Shown: piece by piece, positions 12,657-26,611 of the stretch
How the letters are laid out: the number at the start of each line of letters is the position of its first letter
Numbering within the stretch: position 1 is the first letter of the stretch
Assembly (NCBI GenBank): GCA_951406725.2
Contig: OX597818.1
Coordinates: 46,314,001 to 46,378,000 of the forward strand
From: Octopus vulgaris
Lineage: Eukaryota
Direction of reading: 5' to 3'
DNA: 64,000 nt
Made by a program: the position numbers and the translations under genes
The notes under the pieces: model-generated
What the model was told of the DNA's origin: nothing
The model's input: only the letters and a program-made list of their open reading frames with translations
Databases searched by the model: none

Positions 12657-14692
12657 GTTATCAGGCGGTGAGAATCGTTAGCACACTGGATGAAATGCTT
12701 AGTGGTATTTCACCCGCTGCTATGTTCTGAGTTCAAATTCTGCCGAGGTTGGGTTCATTTTTAGTGTTCTCATTTGTGAGGGCAGTTGAGTTTATTTCAG
12801 ATATTTTCATTTTAAAAATCATCTCTGGCTAATTGTTGAGAGGATGTTAGTGTTGCCTTGGCAAAAGAGTTAGTATGGTGGACCCGTTTGAAAGGGCTAA
12901 AGACAAACACTTTCTTCTTTGGCCAAACTCTCATCAACTTTTTCAAGTTTCACTCGAAAAGGAAGTTGAGGGTGGAGAGGGAAGTGCTGCCTTGTAGTAA
13001 GTTTGTTGGAAGGTGGGTGAATATCGGAAGAATGTCCAGTGTGAAAGGACCAATTCTGAGCATGCACCTGTAAAATGAGAATCAAAGGAGTAGGGCTCTT
13101 GCCTTGTTGTTCAGGTACCCGTGGCTTTTGTGGGTTTTTCCACAAGGACCTTAAAATGCCTCCCCTATTGGGAGTTTTAATTTGTTCAATTTTTATTGTT
13201 ATTACATTGTGTATATATGGAAAACCCATTGTATCGTCTTTTTTTTGTCTTTTATGTCGTTGTATGTCAATTAATATTTTGTATGTGAGCCCTTGTGGCT
13301 AGTAAAAGAGTAAATCGTTGTCGTCGTCGTCATTGTTGTTGTTGTTGTTATTATTATTATTATAAAGATGGTGAAGTGGCAGAATCGTTTGCATGCTGAA
13401 CAAAATGCTTAGTGGCATTTTGTCTGCCTTCATGCCCTGAGTTAAAATTCTGCTGAGGTCAGTTTTGTCTTTTACCTTTTTAAGGTTAATAAAATAAATG
13501 CCAGTTGAGTACTGGGGAGTCTGTATAATCAACTAGCCCTCCACCCAAATTTCAGACTCACTCTTCTATTAATTTTTTATCCATTTGAATTTCAAAATTC
13601 TCTCCCTTACTCTTCTTGATAAGATTTGTCATTACTGTTAAGGACATTCTTCTCAAATATTCTTTTTTGCTCACTACAATGTGATAACTTTTATCTATTA
13701 ACTTTATGCTTTCTTAGTTATGTTCCACTTGATATAAGAAAGTAATTTTCTCCCTATACTTCCCTTTGTCCTGCAGCCAAAAACATACGGATTGCTCTCT
13801 TGATAATTCTGTCAATCCATCAAAGCAAAAGTTTATTTTTGATTAGTTTTGTCTTAGCAGAATTAGAAGAAGGGTAGCCAAAATGCTGTATGATATTTAG
13901 TTGCATCTCTATACTTTCGGTGCTCAAATTTTACTGAGGCTAACTTTGTCTTTCTTTCTTTCAGGTTTTATAAAATAAACTAGCAGATAAGTATTGCAGT
14001 TGATTTAAGTGATGATGACCTTTCCTCCAAAATATGAGGCCTTCTGTCAATGTTAGAAATGAATATATTATAAAATCAATAGAATAAAATGCCATGTAGT
14101 AATTATTATATTTACCCATATATAATTTGCACTATTTTATACTAGAAAAACTAGGGTCCTATTTATATGAGGGGCAAAGCTAAAACTAATACTCTATGCA
14201 ACCTTTGTACCAAGGTTTAACACTAAATTAGGGGTGCAATTTACACACATGTAAGTAACATAGTTATGCTTCTTTACATTTTGAGTCTAAATCTCACCGA
14301 GAGCAAATGTATCTTTCATCATTCAGGATTTGATAAAACAATTTCCATACAAGCACTGGGTTGAAATGATGGTCTGCTTCTCCCTTCAAAATGTGTGGCC
14401 ATGTGCCTGTTATAAATCAATATAATAAAATCAATTTTCTTTCCTTCTGAAATGATTTACATTTGTTGTTGTTGTTTAGAAGAATTATATCTGAAAGTTA
14501 TCCCATGCATGTTATTGGTTCCTGCCTATAATTGTTATAATTTTTAAAAATATTTTAATATAATTAATTTAATATTATTGTTTCTGTAATTGTTTTATTG
14601 TAAAGAGTAAACTTTCAGTCAGCTTCCAATTTTGTGCTGTTACCATTCATTTAAGTACTAATCACAATGTTACTATTTTGTCTTTGTTGCAG

Positions 14693-14796
14693 AAAGACTT
14701 AATCATACTAGTAATTCTCCTGATTACTTTTATTTATATGACTTTCTACTTGTACTTCTGGCTTGTGCTTGATAATTATTCAGATGATTTTAATTG
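14693..14796 (+). CDS. GDPD5: GDPD exon 2 (TM1): KDLIILVILLITFIYMTFYLYFWLVLDNYSDDFN(W)
   Basis: ttgcag acceptor, TG|gtgagt donor; matches the GDE2 LYFWW..HNDYDEFNW motif. Confidence 0.9.
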
Positions 14797-16916
14797 GTGA
14801 GTATCAAATTTGTTTCCAATTATATTAGAGGAAGTGTGTGTGTGTGTGTGATAGGCTTCTTTCAGTTTCTGCCCTAAGCTATAGTAGAAGATACTTGCCC
14901 AAGGTGCCACACAGTAGGACTGAACCCAGAACCATGATGTTGGGAAGCAAGCTTTGTACCACACAGCCATGCCTGCCTCTATATATGTGCTTGTGCATGT
15001 GCATGCACACATGTGTGTGTTGTTTAAGCAAGTGCCTAGCATTGAGAAAGCTCAACAAAGATGAAATGTGTCTGCAGTTCTTGTGAGTCACTGCGGTGAT
15101 GATATTCATCTCAGTCCTATATAAGTTGTGACTTTAATGCAACAATTCATACCTTCTAACAGTGTATATACATTTTGTATGATACACAGATGGCAATTTT
15201 AATGTACTTTTTAAATATATATTTATATATCTAATATATTTTATATATTTCTTGTTTTAGTTTTGAAAGACTGATTTAAAATTGGAGCACTGAATATGCT
15301 AACCATTAAGCCACATGCCTCAGTGTTTGGTCCTTACCATGATCATTATCAATGACATGATAACAACATACTGTATGCTTGTTGATGTAAAACCACCAAG
15401 ATCAATAGAAGGTCTTTATTTCACTTCATAAATAGTAAACTTACCTTTTACCAATTTCAGTCATTGGACTGTGGCTATTCTGGAGCACCAGCTTGAAGAG
15501 TTTGCTTCTCATTACTTGCTTTTTTAATCTGGTACTTATTCTGTTGGTCTTTTTTGCCAAACTGCTACATTAAAGAGTCCTGTATGAGAACAACAAAATA
15601 TAAGTATGAATATAACCACCACTGTCAACAATATTATGATGATGAAGCACTACATTAAATACCCTTCAGTATTTAATTTTGTCCATCTGTGGATATTAAT
15701 TTTGACTTTTATCCCAAGTGAAATATAATAATTTTTGCAGAATTCTCAGCATTATACAATTGTCAGGGCTCATCATCATTTTTCCAATTTTTCCTTTTCT
15801 TTTTCCTCTTTATTGATATTATTATCATCATCATCATCATCATCATTTAAGGTCCATATTCCTGGGCAGTTTGTCAGAATCTGATTGGTCCAAGGACTGC
15901 ATTGTGCTCCAGTATCTGCTTAGCCCGACTTTTATAGTTGGATGCCCTTCCTAAAACCAACCACTTTACAGCATGTACTGGATGCTTTTTACATGTCACC
16001 AGCTTTATTGGGGTCATCATGCAGCTTGCAAGACTATGAACCCTGGGGGATGGGAGCATAGTTTTATATTAGGAGATAAAGGGTTAAAGTATGAGAGGGT
16101 GTGCAGAGCAGTTTCTTGTTTTGAAGGAACTACACTGGCTGTTGCTAGTGTCGCTGAACTGGCTCCTGTGCAGGTGGCATGTAAAAAACACCATTTGAGT
16201 GTGGCCGTTGCCAGTACCACCTGATTGGCCCTTGTGCCGGTGGCATGTAAAAGCACCCACTACACTCTCGGAGTGGTTGGCATTAGGAAGGGCATCCAAC
16301 TGGATTACAACAATAAACAATTTGAAGTACGGATCAAAAGAATAGATCATATTTCTATATTTTCTGAGCTAAACTCACAAGGGAATCTTTCACATCTGGT
16401 ATTGTTTAAGGAAATGTAAATTAGGCTGAAATACTTCAAAATATAAATTTACTCCTCAGAAAATATTTTTGATTTATATATTAGGTGCAGACATGTGTTT
16501 TAGATTCAGTCCTACTGTGCAGCACCTCGGGCAAGTGCCTATAGCTCTGAGCCAACCAAAACCTTATAAGTGGATTTGGTTGACAGAAACTGAAAGAAGC
16601 CCTCCATGTGTGTGTGTGTACCCTTGTCAAGTATCACCATTGCACAATGTTGTTTATTTCCAGTCTTCTATGGAATAACATGTCTGGCTGTAGGAAATAT
16701 TACTTAGCCTAGAAACAGGTGAGAGCTAGCCACAGGAAGGGCATCTGTCTGTAGAAAATCTTCCTCAACAAATTCTGTTTGACCCATCCAAGCACACTAA
16801 TCACTATAGCCATTTCATCCCTACTAGGACATTGGCTCTCTGGATTTGTTTCTCTTCTCATTGACTTACAAAGGTTCAAAAGAAACATTAACAGTATTAG
16901 TTTCATTGCTATAAAA

Positions 16917-17169
16917 CAGTGGTTATCAAGCATTTTTTATCTATAGACCCTTTTCGTTCCTATTTTATTCAGATGGGCCCTCATAATCATTTGAAGTTTT
17001 AAAAATCTTATTACATTTTTATAATTAAATAATATTAAGAATTATATTTAAAAATTGTTGAAATATTTTGTTTATTGTAGAAGTATAATCAATTTATTGC
17101 ACATAATTTTAGCAACAAAATCTTATGTAGACCCCCAAGGGTCATGTGGACCCCACTTGAGTACCACTG
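16917..17169. mobile_element. hAT/Charlie-like MITE (second copy at ~34820-35054)
   Basis: Termini CAGTGGTTATCAAG...CTTGAGTACCACTG; internal sequence shared with the 34.8-kb copy. Confidence 0.7.
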
Positions 17170-17370
17170 ATCTATAATAGAAGGACCTGTGAAGGCAGGG
17201 ACACTGGTGTTTCCACCACACCCAACAAGTAAAAACACAAACAAAAGCCAACACAAAACAAACCACAAGATGATTTTCATTTCTAGTCCTACCCATGCTA
17301 GCATGGAACATGGACGTTAAATGGTGATGATAATGATGATTTAATAAGTTTTCATTTATTGCTTTTCCAG

Positions 17371-17467
17371 GTATTTTACAGTAAAGTTTAAACTGAAATA
17401 TTTACCATGGTATACAATGATACTGTGCAGAATAGGGATTGGGTCTGGGTATCTTGCAATTTTAGTG
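17371..17467 (+). CDS. GDPD5: GDPD exon 3 (TM2): (W)YFTVKFKLKYLPWYTMILCRIGIGSGYLAILV
   Basis: ttttccag acceptor, GTG|gtaagt donor, phase 2 to 0 fits both neighbours. Confidence 0.85.
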
Positions 17468-18780
17468 GTAAGTTGCTTTCACTTTTACATTATTTTTCCA
17501 GTTCACAGAAATAACAACAAAAAAATATAATTTAGCTATGTTAGATCAATTTTACTCATAATATATCTATGTATGTTTCCTTCAGTTTGTGTTTAATTTT
17601 TAGTTTTATTTTGTGTACTGCATTATAATGAACTGTAATGACTCCTTGCTGGTCAATTGATGAGAAAAGGTTGTAATGTAACAATTTGAGTAATGAATTT
17701 TACAATGTAAATGTCTACTTACCAGACCAAATGTGAAAATGTAAATACATCTTTAACCATAATGAACATTAAAGGGTTGATGCATATTGCCAGCTTTATA
17801 TTAAACAGACAATAGAGAAATCTTCTCCTGGATAAGTAACATTTCTAGATAATTTGGTATCTATTCCCAACATCTAAATGAACTTTGATAATGTACAATA
17901 AAACATTCTACTCTGAAACACTGCAAAACCTCTTGAAACAGACTCAACCCACTCATAGCTCATGTCATGTATGCACTGCCATTTCACTTCTATAAGTACC
18001 AGAGGAGAAGTCATAGAACTGATACAGTCAACCTTAGTATAGTACTAGTACTTAGTAGTTTCTACTTGCATTTAAGTGAAGTGGGCATTTCAGAGTTAAG
18101 TCTCTCTGCCGTCAATGCAGTACATTGTTAATGATTGTTTATGGACTACTGTCATTTTTTGTTGAGGTAAATTTTATGTAGCTGGATGCTTTTGCAATCA
18201 CCAACCCTCAACTGTATCAAAGCAAGGTAAAATTTCCTTTAATTCTTCAAACAACATATGGACTGGACATGTTTTCATAGAAGATTTCAAACTAATGATA
18301 TCACTTGTATGATGATGATGTTTGTGGCCAACAATTTGCCCACAAAGCTTTGGTCAGCTCAGAACTATAATTGGAGAACGCTGACCTGAAGTGCCATGAA
18401 ACCAAAATCATATGGTTGGGAAGTGAACTTCTCAATCATATTGCCATGAAAATAAATACACACACAAACACGTGTGTGTGTGTGTGTGTAACCACATGTC
18501 CCAGTTGTTAGGGTGTTGTACACGATTGCAAAATTGTGATTTTGATTCTTGGACCAGTGGTGCATTGTGTTCTTGAGCAATACACTTAATTTCATGTTGC
18601 TCCAGTCCACTCAGCTGTAAATGTGTAATCCTGCAGTGGACTAGTGTCCCATTCAGGTGGAATGTTGGCTTGCCCACCTGGCCAGTGGGGTGGCATCATT
18701 CGTAAGCAACAACAGTCCAAGGAAGCACATTGTAACCAATAATGTATAACAAAATCCAATATTCATGTCATTACAGTGAT

Positions 18781-18852
<72 letters not shown>

Positions 18853-20663
18853 CATACACACACTTTATTTGTAGGTTAATAAAGCTGCCAGTGAAAAGAT
18901 TTTCACAGTTGTTGAAGTGAACCACATGAAAGTGTTGGTACTTATCTCCATTTTGAACAAATTTGAGGATCTCTTCACATGAAACAATTGGTATCTTTGT
19001 TAACTCACAAATGAAAAAAAATCATCCACCAACGCATGGTTGAGCACTCATTCTCACTATTCAATATAAGCACAGTAGTCTCTGGGATGACAGGGGACTG
19101 AGACTCCTGGAGGTTTGCTGTGCTTGAGAAGACACATCAAGCTAAGCAAAATTGTGGTTGTCCTTGCATACAGGTATGACTGCTGCATCCCTCTCTAGCT
19201 GTACATTCCTAGTCATGTAGGCTTATGGGTGCTAGTCCCATATAAAAAGTACTCATACTGGTACTATGTAAATGCACTTGTGCTGGAGCTACATAAAAAC
19301 ACTCTATAAAGTGATTGGCATTAGGAAGGGCATCTAGCTGTAGAAACCATGACAAAACAGACATGGTGCCTGGTGCAGCTCTTCAGCTGGCCAGTTCCTG
19401 TCAAACTGTCCAACTCATGCCAGCATGGAAAACAGATGTTAAATGATGATGATGAAATATATATATGTTCTGTGCAGCCAATACAAGCATGGCAAAGATA
19501 TACACATGCACAAATTTTATTTTTCAAACTAATTGAAAATGTAAAACAAAATGAAAATGTTTTATCACTAGAGATGGAATTATTTCTAGTCTCAGTGTAG
19601 CGATGTGTTTTATTTTTTATGAATCTTGTTCACAACCTTCTTCCAAATGTGTTTTAATATCATGAAGAAGGAAGAAAGATAGACCATTGTTTATTGTAAT
19701 GCTATGACTTTTTATGATCTCAATATACAGTCAAGTCTAAGGTCAGATCAAGATAGAAATTCGTTTATACAGTGGTTTCCAGTCATAGCATTTTTTAAAT
19801 TCAGTATCTTTATCTAAACCTAGGCTTTGAAGATTATTAAATTGTCTTTGTTACAAGTTGAAGTTCTCATAATTTTCAGCAACATTACTTTCCTCTTGGA
19901 AGCTAATATGAAGTAAATGTATTGCTGTCTTTGTATGTTATGACAGCAGAATGTGACAAAACTTCCCTCTGTAAACACTGCTTTCAAATAGATATATGTT
20001 ATCAAATATTTATTGTGCCAACATTGCATAGTAACAAGATATAGACTATATAATCAGCTGCTGCTTCAAAGTGTCAGAATGATGTTATCTTTCCCATAAA
20101 ACATGATGTTATTACAAAAGACAGTATATATATAATATACAATATACAATGTCAATTCATCCAGAAGAACTGGTTTGGTTAGAAGTGACTATCACCTCAC
20201 AATAATATAAAATACATTGATATTTTTAAACAAATGAAATATTGATGAAACAGTAAGCTGGTTGATCATGTTTTATACCTTTCACTTGCAATGACACGTC
20301 ATTATTCTGGGGTGGGGAGATATAAAGCCATGATCTTACTGTAGTGTTTTAAAATATCAAACAGCGAGAAAAGATGGTACTCTCTTTAGTTGCTTCTTAA
20401 CATTATTACCTATTTGTTTTTAATGATGATTCAGACATTTGAAGAGTATAAAAAGGGTATTTATAACATTTATTTTGAGGTTAGATATTTGAAGCAGAAA
20501 TTTGAAACAGAAGTGACAAAGAGGTCCATTGGTTGGGTACAAACCACATATGTATTTTTTGGTAAATGATATATGATGGCTATGCTACATCTAGCAAGTT
20601 GAGTGACCATGTATAGGTTCCCTCTTTGGTTTGTAACAGATATACAAGTGTGTGTGTGTACAT

Positions 20664-20702
<39 letters not shown>

Positions 20703-20719
20703 TACATATATATATATAA

Positions 20720-21337
20720 AGTGAGATTGCAGCCATGGCCAGTGCCAGTGTTGCATGTCTGGCCCATTTGAAAAGTACCCTTGATGCGTCAGGTGATATG
20801 ATATGCTTGAGAAAACCTGTTGAGTCAAGTAAAACGAAAATCGTAGCTGTGGCCAGTGGCCCCTGACTGGCTCCCATTTCAGTGGCATGCAAAATTCATC
20901 ATCCACACATGGTAGATGCCAGTGCACCCTGACTGTCTCCCATGCCAGTAGCACATAAAAAGTACAATCTGAATGTGGTCGATGCTAGTGTCCCCTGACC
21001 TACTCCCATGCTGGTGGCTTGTAGAAAGTACCATCTGAACATGGCTGATGCCAGTGCTCCCTGACTGGCTCCCATGCTAGCAGTACGTAAAAAGCACTAT
21101 CCAAACAGGATTGATACCAGGCCTGCCTGACTGGCTCCTGTACTAGTGGCATGTAGAAAGCACCCACTACACTCTTGGAGTGGTTGGCATTTGGAAGGGC
21201 ATCCACCTATGGAAACATTGCTACATTAGATTGGAGCCTGGTGCAGCCATTGGATTTCCAGACCTCAATCAAACCGTCAAACCCATGCCAGCATGGAAAA
21301 CGGACGTTATACGATGATGATGATGATGATGATGATA
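20720..21337 (+). mobile_element. RTE-associated 3' UTR/SINE-like element with a ~66-bp tandem array and (GAT)n tail
   Basis: Same tail (aagcacccactacactc..ggaagggcatcc..catggaaaacggacg..gatgatgat) recurs at ~19085-19455, 34425-34750, 37345-37552 and, on the minus strand, 40575-41035 and 7060-7330. Confidence 0.75.
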
Positions 21338-21546
21338 ATTGGAGGTAAAAGAAATATTTATAACAATATATTGATTCATTGCATGTCAACAGGAAGATCT
21401 GCATTGATATTGACATCATCTAAAATATTTAACAGTAAAGTCTATGTATGAGAAGAAATGTCATGATGCATCAATTTTTCCTGATTCACACTGAATTCTA
21501 AAGTGCTTGTAATATTGGTGTGTGTGTGTGTGTATATATATATATA

Positions 21547-21577
<31 letters not shown>

Positions 21578-21595
21578 GTACATATGCATATATAT

Positions 21596-21640
<45 letters not shown>

Positions 21641-21727
21641 CACTGGAGCAAGCACATAATGTGAAATAAGGCAGAAAAAAGAGTACTCAAATACCAGAGG
21701 TAGAGTATATGCTTTATTTAAATAAAG

Positions 21728-21761
<34 letters not shown>

Positions 21762-22022
21762 GGACATGTCTGTGTACTTATGAAGTTCACTTCCTAACTA
21801 TTTGGTTCAGGTTCAGCTACTCTGTGTGGCAGCAAATTAAGGACCCTAATACCAAACAGATCTCATTAAGTTGTCATTTGGAATTATGCATGAATAAATT
21901 ATTTTTTAATTCCTCCATTTTATAAACTTTATGATTATAATTCCCCTTTAATCCATTTTTACCTCATGCTGTAACTTAAGATTATTTCAATGCTTCCATC
22001 CATTTTATGCTATCATTAACAG

Positions 22023-22181
22023 GGTCTATCAATATATCGTATTTCTATGGGACATCAAGTACATATACATCCATTCCATGTAGTGATGATAATCATCAAT
22101 TTTTTGAGTTGCATTGGCTACACAATTGCCTTGAATACTTTCTGGCCATCTGTGTGGGCAATGCTGAAACTATCATTTCAA
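22023..22181 (+). CDS. GDPD5: GDPD exon 4 (TM3): GLSIYRISMGHQVHIHPFHVVMIIINFLSCIGYTIALNTFWPSVWAMLKLSFQ
   Basis: aacag acceptor, CAA|gtaagt donor, 53 open codons; aligns to GDE2 GQQMNLHWLH...W..LLISLQ. Confidence 0.88.
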
Positions 22182-23681
22182 GTAAGTCTCTGTTATATTT
22201 GAAACATTTTCCTCCAAATTTTGTCAATGATTAGAAAATGTGTAATAGAAAACATTAAGCAATGTTATTTTCTTGTGACTATTATTAGTCTCTTTCAGAA
22301 TTACATTCTTATAGCCTTGGGTTGACCAAAGCCTTGTGAGTGAATTTAGTAGATGGAACCTGAAAGAAACCCATCATGCATGCGTGTGTGTGTCTGTTTG
22401 TCCACCACTACCACCTGACATTCAGTGTTGGTGTGTTTATGTGTATCTGTAACTTAACACTTTGGCATAAAACACTGATACAATAAGTATCACACTTAAA
22501 AAAGAAAATAAAGAATATACTGGAGTTGATTCACTCAACTAAAATACTTTGAGGTCGTGGCCCAGTATGGCTACATTCTACTGAGTGGAATTAGTAATTG
22601 AAAAAAGATAATATGTCTGTGTTTATCATAATTTCTCCTACATTTGCTCTGTATATCATTACTAGTTATACTACTCAGTATTGTAGCAGTTTAACCATTA
22701 TACTGGAAGTAAACTGGATGATGTTAAAGTACATAGAGCTCTAAACCCAACAGTAGAAGTCATACTTCTGTTTGTACAGGCAGCAAATTGGCAAAATTGT
22801 TTCAGTGTTAGATAGAATGCCTCATGGTATATATTCCAGTTCAAATCCCAGTGAAGTCAACTTTTGAGTGATTGATTAGTTTAAGTGTTAGAGTATTGAA
22901 CTAAATGCCTTGCAGTATCAGTTCTGGATTTGTGCATTCTGAGTTGAAATTTTCATTGTTCCTATTGTCACTATGTTTCACAAAAAAGGTGGCTACTTCT
23001 GTCAGGAATTGTAGCTGATAGATAATATTAGCAAAGTGAAAAAAAACAATGGAAATATAGTCTCCTTGAATCAATTCGAAGATCAAATTGTCACAATTAT
23101 GAAAGGAAAGTCTTTACAAAGCAGTATAGTGGATATTTTTTTGACATAGATATCATATGGAGTATCAGTTGTGGCTGTAGGCACAGATGTAGCTGCATAA
23201 TATGAAGTTTGTTTCCTGACCACATGGTTTCAGATTTAGCCCCACTGTGTGACACCTTGGGCAAGTGTCTTCTACAATGACCTTGTGAATGGATTTGGCA
23301 GAGAGAAACTGAAAGAATCCCACTAGTGTGCATCTGTGTGTGTGTGTATGCGCATGTGTGTGTATGCGCATGTGTGTGTGTGGACAACATTTTGTCCTTG
23401 GCATCATGTGATAGTTGGAAACAAGTGTCACCATCATGCAAGCAATATCATTCTTTTCCAATCTTCTGTGGAAATATGTGTAGTCATGGAGAAATACTAC
23501 CTTACTTAGAAACGGATTGGGATTGGCAATAGGAAGGACATCTAGCAATAGAAAATTGGCCTTAACAAATTGCATCTAACCCATGCAAGCATGGAAAAGT
23601 AGATGTTAAAACAATGATGATGAATTTACTATTACGGTTATTATTTTTTAGTTGAGTTATTTTCTTTGATTATTTTTCCAG

Positions 23682-23775
23682 GTAGTCGGTCCATTTATTA
23701 ATGTTGGTCTGATTGTGATCTTTACTATTCTCTCTTGTATTCTGATAAGACAGTGGTACATCTTAGACCGATTCC
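23682..23775 (+). CDS. GDPD5: GDPD exon 5 (TM4): VVGPFINVGLIVIFTILSCILIRQWYILDRF
   Basis: ttttccag acceptor, C|gtaagt donor; aligns to GDE2 APFLHVG...LSW. Confidence 0.88.
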
Positions 23776-23779
23776 GTAA

Positions 23780-26116
23780 GTAGATTTTGTCATTTCAAAA
23801 ATCTTTGTCAGATATATACAAATTATTTCTGAAAAAATTGTCATTAACGAAAACAGACTTATTAAATTCTATCTCAAATACAATGACACTTTTCATTTTC
23901 CTAATTTTCTGGTGTTCATACCTTGTTAGTGTAGCATAAATAGTATTTGATTCACCTGTCTATATTCCTAAGTTCGACTCTCACTGAGGTCAACTTTTTC
24001 TTCCATCCTTTTGGAGGGTTTATTAAAATAAACTCTGAGTGCACTGTAGGGGTTTGACAGGATTGTTAGACCATCAGATGTGATGCATTGTGGGATTTGT
24101 ACTGGTTGTTTGTGTTCTGAATCCTTAGGTGGTTGGCTTAATCCTTTGACCAGTTTATCCCCATGACCGCCACCACCACCACCATAGATACAGAACATTG
24201 ATGGAACTAAGTTACTTGGATAATACAATACACACAAATCATAGTACAGCAGACAGTTAGAAATGAGTTCTTTGGATGATCTTGTGTACTTTGCTTCCGG
24301 AATGTCACAAGAGCATCCAGCAAAAGTACCCCATCTTGCTGGGGTTCCACTTGCATTGGTAGTTGCTCTCCATCTTAGTAATATCTTGGTGGAACCTTTC
24401 TCCATGCTCATCACTTACTGCTCCAAGCTTCAGAAGGAAGAAGTTGATATGGGAGTGGAGAAAGCATCCCATATCTTCATAAGACTGTAACAAATTCTCG
24501 ACACACTCTTGGTAATCTAGTACCCATGTGTTACCAAGAAAGCTATGCCAGACTGACTTAAATGCTTCCCATGATCTCAGTTCCTATAAATTTAGAAGCT
24601 CCTCAAAGTCCTTATCCTTCAGCACTTCTCGGACCTGAGGTCTGACAAAGATACCCACCTTGAGCTTACCAGAACTCAGAGCTAAGAACAGAGTGCACAA
24701 GTGTTGGAAGACAGTGCCATTTCATGAAATCCTTCATTAAACCAAGTTGATATGAAGAGAAGGAACAAGTACCTTGTTCATATCCACCAGAGGATTTTCT
24801 TGGGCACTGTGTTCATCGGGCATGAAAGTGCTCCTGGATCTCCGGTCCTTTTGCTTGTAGTGTTTGGACACAGCTCAACTGTCCCAGAGACAGAAAAAGC
24901 AACAATACTTTGTAAAGCCCGCTTGCATACCCATAAGGAGCCCAATGACCCTCAGATCCCCACAAAGACTCCACTGGTACTGTTTGTACTTGACAGCTTC
25001 AAAAAGGAGCTTGCTCCATATTGTCATACAATTATGGGGATGCTTGGGTATTTATTCCCATTGTGCAGGAGCACAGCCTTCAGATTTTGCTTGGAAGAGT
25101 ATATGAAAAGATGCCAGTCTGAGGGATTGTGTGGGAAACCAAGGAAGGTGAACAAGCCAGAGACATTCGTGCAGTAGCACAACCTGTTTTCCATGTCAAA
25201 GAATGAAGCAAAGTCCTGGTTTCAGGTCCTGAAACTGATGATCCTTGCATCTGCTTTGACCAGGTTCCACTGCTTAAGCCAGGATACCAGGAGCTCTGAC
25301 TGCTGCTTAGATAGATACAAATCACAGGCAAGGTCATTCAGGTCCTCCTGCATGATCCAGTGGGGCTCATTGCCACTTGCTCCTGAATAAACAGAGACAT
25401 TGTCTTTAGAAGAGACCGACTTGGCAGAATCTTTCCCTGAAGGCATTTCTTCATCCAATGAAGGAAGGAGACCTTTATTAGCTGGGTGTGAAGGGGCAGG
25501 GAGATCATCTGAGTGGGGAACATGTCTCATAGCTGAGGGAAAGTTGGGATAGTTGATCTTTTTTCTAGAAGCATTGAAACCTGTTACATTTGTTAGACAA
25601 AAATAACAATCATCTGCATGGCTTTGTAGCTCTCTCCAGACCATCGGGACAGCAAAGTTGAAGGTTGCTTTTCTTGCCCTTTATGCTATTTGTCCATTGC
25701 AGCAGGGTTTACAACAGATGTGTGGGGCCCAGGATTTGTCCTGATTTCCAATTTTACAGTCAAAATAATGAAAGTAAGCAGTTCTTAGGAGGGAAGTAAT
25801 TGTTCAGCACTGTACAACTGTTGTGAAATCTCCACACATGTAGCAGAATGAATTTGCCTTGTTGATGCATCCTTGGTGTTCTGAAGTGCCTGATGCTAAT
25901 GTAGAGATATGTATCTTATGTATCACAAAAATCTGGAAAACAACATAAAAACTGATCATATATATGGTTGCATGAATTGTTGAAAAATCACTACAATGTA
26001 TATCTCAAAAACTAGAGGTGATGAGTGAGGGCTGGTTTTGTATTTGAAATCAGCAACCCAAAATTAGACTAGAGCAACTATATTTATGTTTGCCTCAATT
26101 TCTTAGTAAACCAGTG
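23780..26116 (-). mobile_element. Chapaev3-like (CMC) DNA transposon, decayed, in GDPD intron 5
   Basis: CACTG terminus at 26116; transposase fragments FCYMCG...QDKSWAPHICC, DDCYFC...YPNFPSAMRHVPH, LGAVSDEHGERFHQDI..ME..YQ.KW; left boundary uncertain; a SINE-like insert at ~23965-24185. Confidence 0.75.
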
Positions 26117-26465
26117 TTATTTTCTGCTTTAATGATTAGAATTTTACAAAATGACTATTTGCAAACATCTACTCATCAAATTGGAAAATAATTATCAGAA
26201 AAATCACCCTTATTCAATGTTTTCAAATATATCATCATCATCATACTCACCACCACCACCACCACTACCAACACCAACACCACCCTCGTCGTCGTCGTCA
26301 CCACCACCACCACCGCCACCGCCACCACCATGCATGTATGCATGCATGCTTGCATTCATGCACATTTACATACACACAGAAGCTTACAGTTATTCCTTGT
26401 ATATTCACTATTGAATGGAACCAAATAATATTATATTGCTTTTTGGGGTTTTCTTTCCCACATAG

Positions 26466-26611
26466 GTTTGAAACTATTAATTTCAGTGGTATACATGGTA
26501 ATTCTTGTTGGCCTCTATGTCATTCCACTGTTTATTGACTCTCCATGTGTCCAACAAGCAGATAGTTTACCTTCCAAACCAAGATTATTTGCCCACCGAG
26601 GTGCGTCAGGG
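26466..26611 (+). CDS. GDPD5: GDPD exon 6 (TM5 and start of catalytic domain): ...LYVIPLFIDSPCVQQADSLPSKPRLFAHRGASG
   Basis: catag acceptor, GGG|gtatgt donor; catalytic HRG motif of GDPD enzymes. Confidence 0.93.

Noticed and set aside
12760-13230. GC-richer segment with overlapping ORFs
   Set aside because: Probably a LINE-derived repeat fragment, but no diagnostic motif could be read, so it was not called
19992-20100. Short open stretch after an AG considered as an extra GDPD exon
   Set aside because: No similarity to GDE proteins and no good donor; exons 3 and 4 already join in frame with full colinearity
26151-26414. Proline-rich ORF
   Set aside because: Product of an intronic (CCA)n/(TCA)n microsatellite
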